A stretch of DNA of 62,979 nucleotides, filler included, from Reticulomyxa filosa (taxonomy: Eukaryota; Protista; Foraminifera): the NCBI GenBank assembly GCA_000512085.1. It is 17 parts of 17 records of this genome, joined end to end, with 100 filler letters (N's around TTAATTAATTAA, not from the genome) between each part and the next. Parts side by side here need not be neighbours in the genome. Positions count along the whole stretch, not along the records: positions 61,207 to 62,979 come from ASPP01024392.1; 16 more parts are not named here. The stretch is one strand, 5' to 3'. The translations under genes and the position numbers were made by a program. The notes beneath the pieces are model-generated. The model searched no databases. It worked only from the letters and a program-made list of their open reading frames with translations, and was not told the origin of the DNA. How positions within the stretch are numbered: position 1 is the first letter of the stretch; each line of letters starts with the position of its first letter. Positions 62,400-62,979 of the stretch are shown here, piece by piece.

Positions 62400-62748
62400 T
62401 GACTTTGTTCCAGAAGTTAGAATTTGAAGTGTCCTATGCAAACAGTAATTAAAAAAAACTAAATAATGACTCTGAAAAAAGTTTTAACAAGTTTTTTTTT
62501 TTTTTTTAAGGGAACAAACTTTGCAGAGACAAATGCTGTTAGTCTACCTTGTATAATTCAAAAGACTTTTCTGTTTTTAAAAATTATGGTTGCATTAAAA
62601 CGAGTTAGAAATGACCATAGAAAGATCACAACAAACAAAAATTTGAATGTACATTTGCATAATCTTATTGTAACATCACTGATGTCGAAATGATACAAAT
62701 TTGAGAGTAATAATTTTTCTTTTTCTTTTCGAAATTCAATAGTTTTTG

Positions 62749-62971
62749 TCATGGTAGTTGTATGAGATTGAGATTAACAAAGAATTCAATCACATCACAA
62801 ATCATCGATATATTTTGATGATCGATATCACGTGCCCATTTGCTTTCATTTAACAGCCATAATTGAAAACGTTGTTCTGATAATTGTTTATACTTTTCAA
62901 TTATCTCTGCTCGTTCTTGTTTCATTTTTATTTTTCATCCATTGTGTCCATTTCTTCTTTTCTTCTTTTTT
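62749..62971 (-). CDS. Exon or exon relic encoding a second copy of the Trp-rich domain of the kelch-caspase gene
   Basis: After a TTAG acceptor it reads KKEEKKKWTQWMKNKNE, then after one extra A: QERAEIIEKYKQLSEQRFQLWLLNESKWARDIDHQNISMICDVIEFFV. Confidence 0.75.
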
Positions 62972-62979
62972 CTAATTTG

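Overview
This window is not one locus. It is 17 unrelated contig pieces joined by 16 artificial 100-nt linkers (44 N + TTAATTAATTAA + 44 N, stops in all six frames). Sixteen pieces are AT-rich, intron-containing eukaryotic DNA. Their gene families look like those I recall from the foraminiferan Reticulomyxa filosa (inference, not checked). They carry housekeeping and signalling genes: DnaJ, MDH, CDK, VPS41, CTLH protein, SLC45/SUT transporter, ankyrin, RhoGEF, PARN-like, ArfGAP, G-alpha and a 7TM protein. They also carry lineage-expanded WD40, kelch-like and RING/TRAF-like families, two non-LTR retroelement relics and a MITE candidate. One piece (55860-59506) is GC-rich bacterial plasmid DNA with a MOBQ relaxase traA, oriT, a mobilisation accessory gene and traG/VirD4. 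Most notable: (i) a multi-exon gene joining a putatively myristoylated kelch-like propeller, an unnamed Trp-rich exon-sized domain, a PB1-like domain and a paracaspase-type protease, set in a cluster of WD40 and RING/TRAF-like genes and pseudogenes; (ii) a second copy of that Trp-rich domain on another contig; (iii) a decayed array of about 10 CAP-Gly repeats that the ORF track misses; (iv) a SAM-Ubl(GG)-RBR ligase; (v) an EF-2-like pseudo-GTPase; (vi) many splice acceptors preceded by poly-A instead of a pyrimidine tract. Many single-base frameshifts fall in homopolymers and are probably sequencing errors. All domain calls come from reading motifs by eye.
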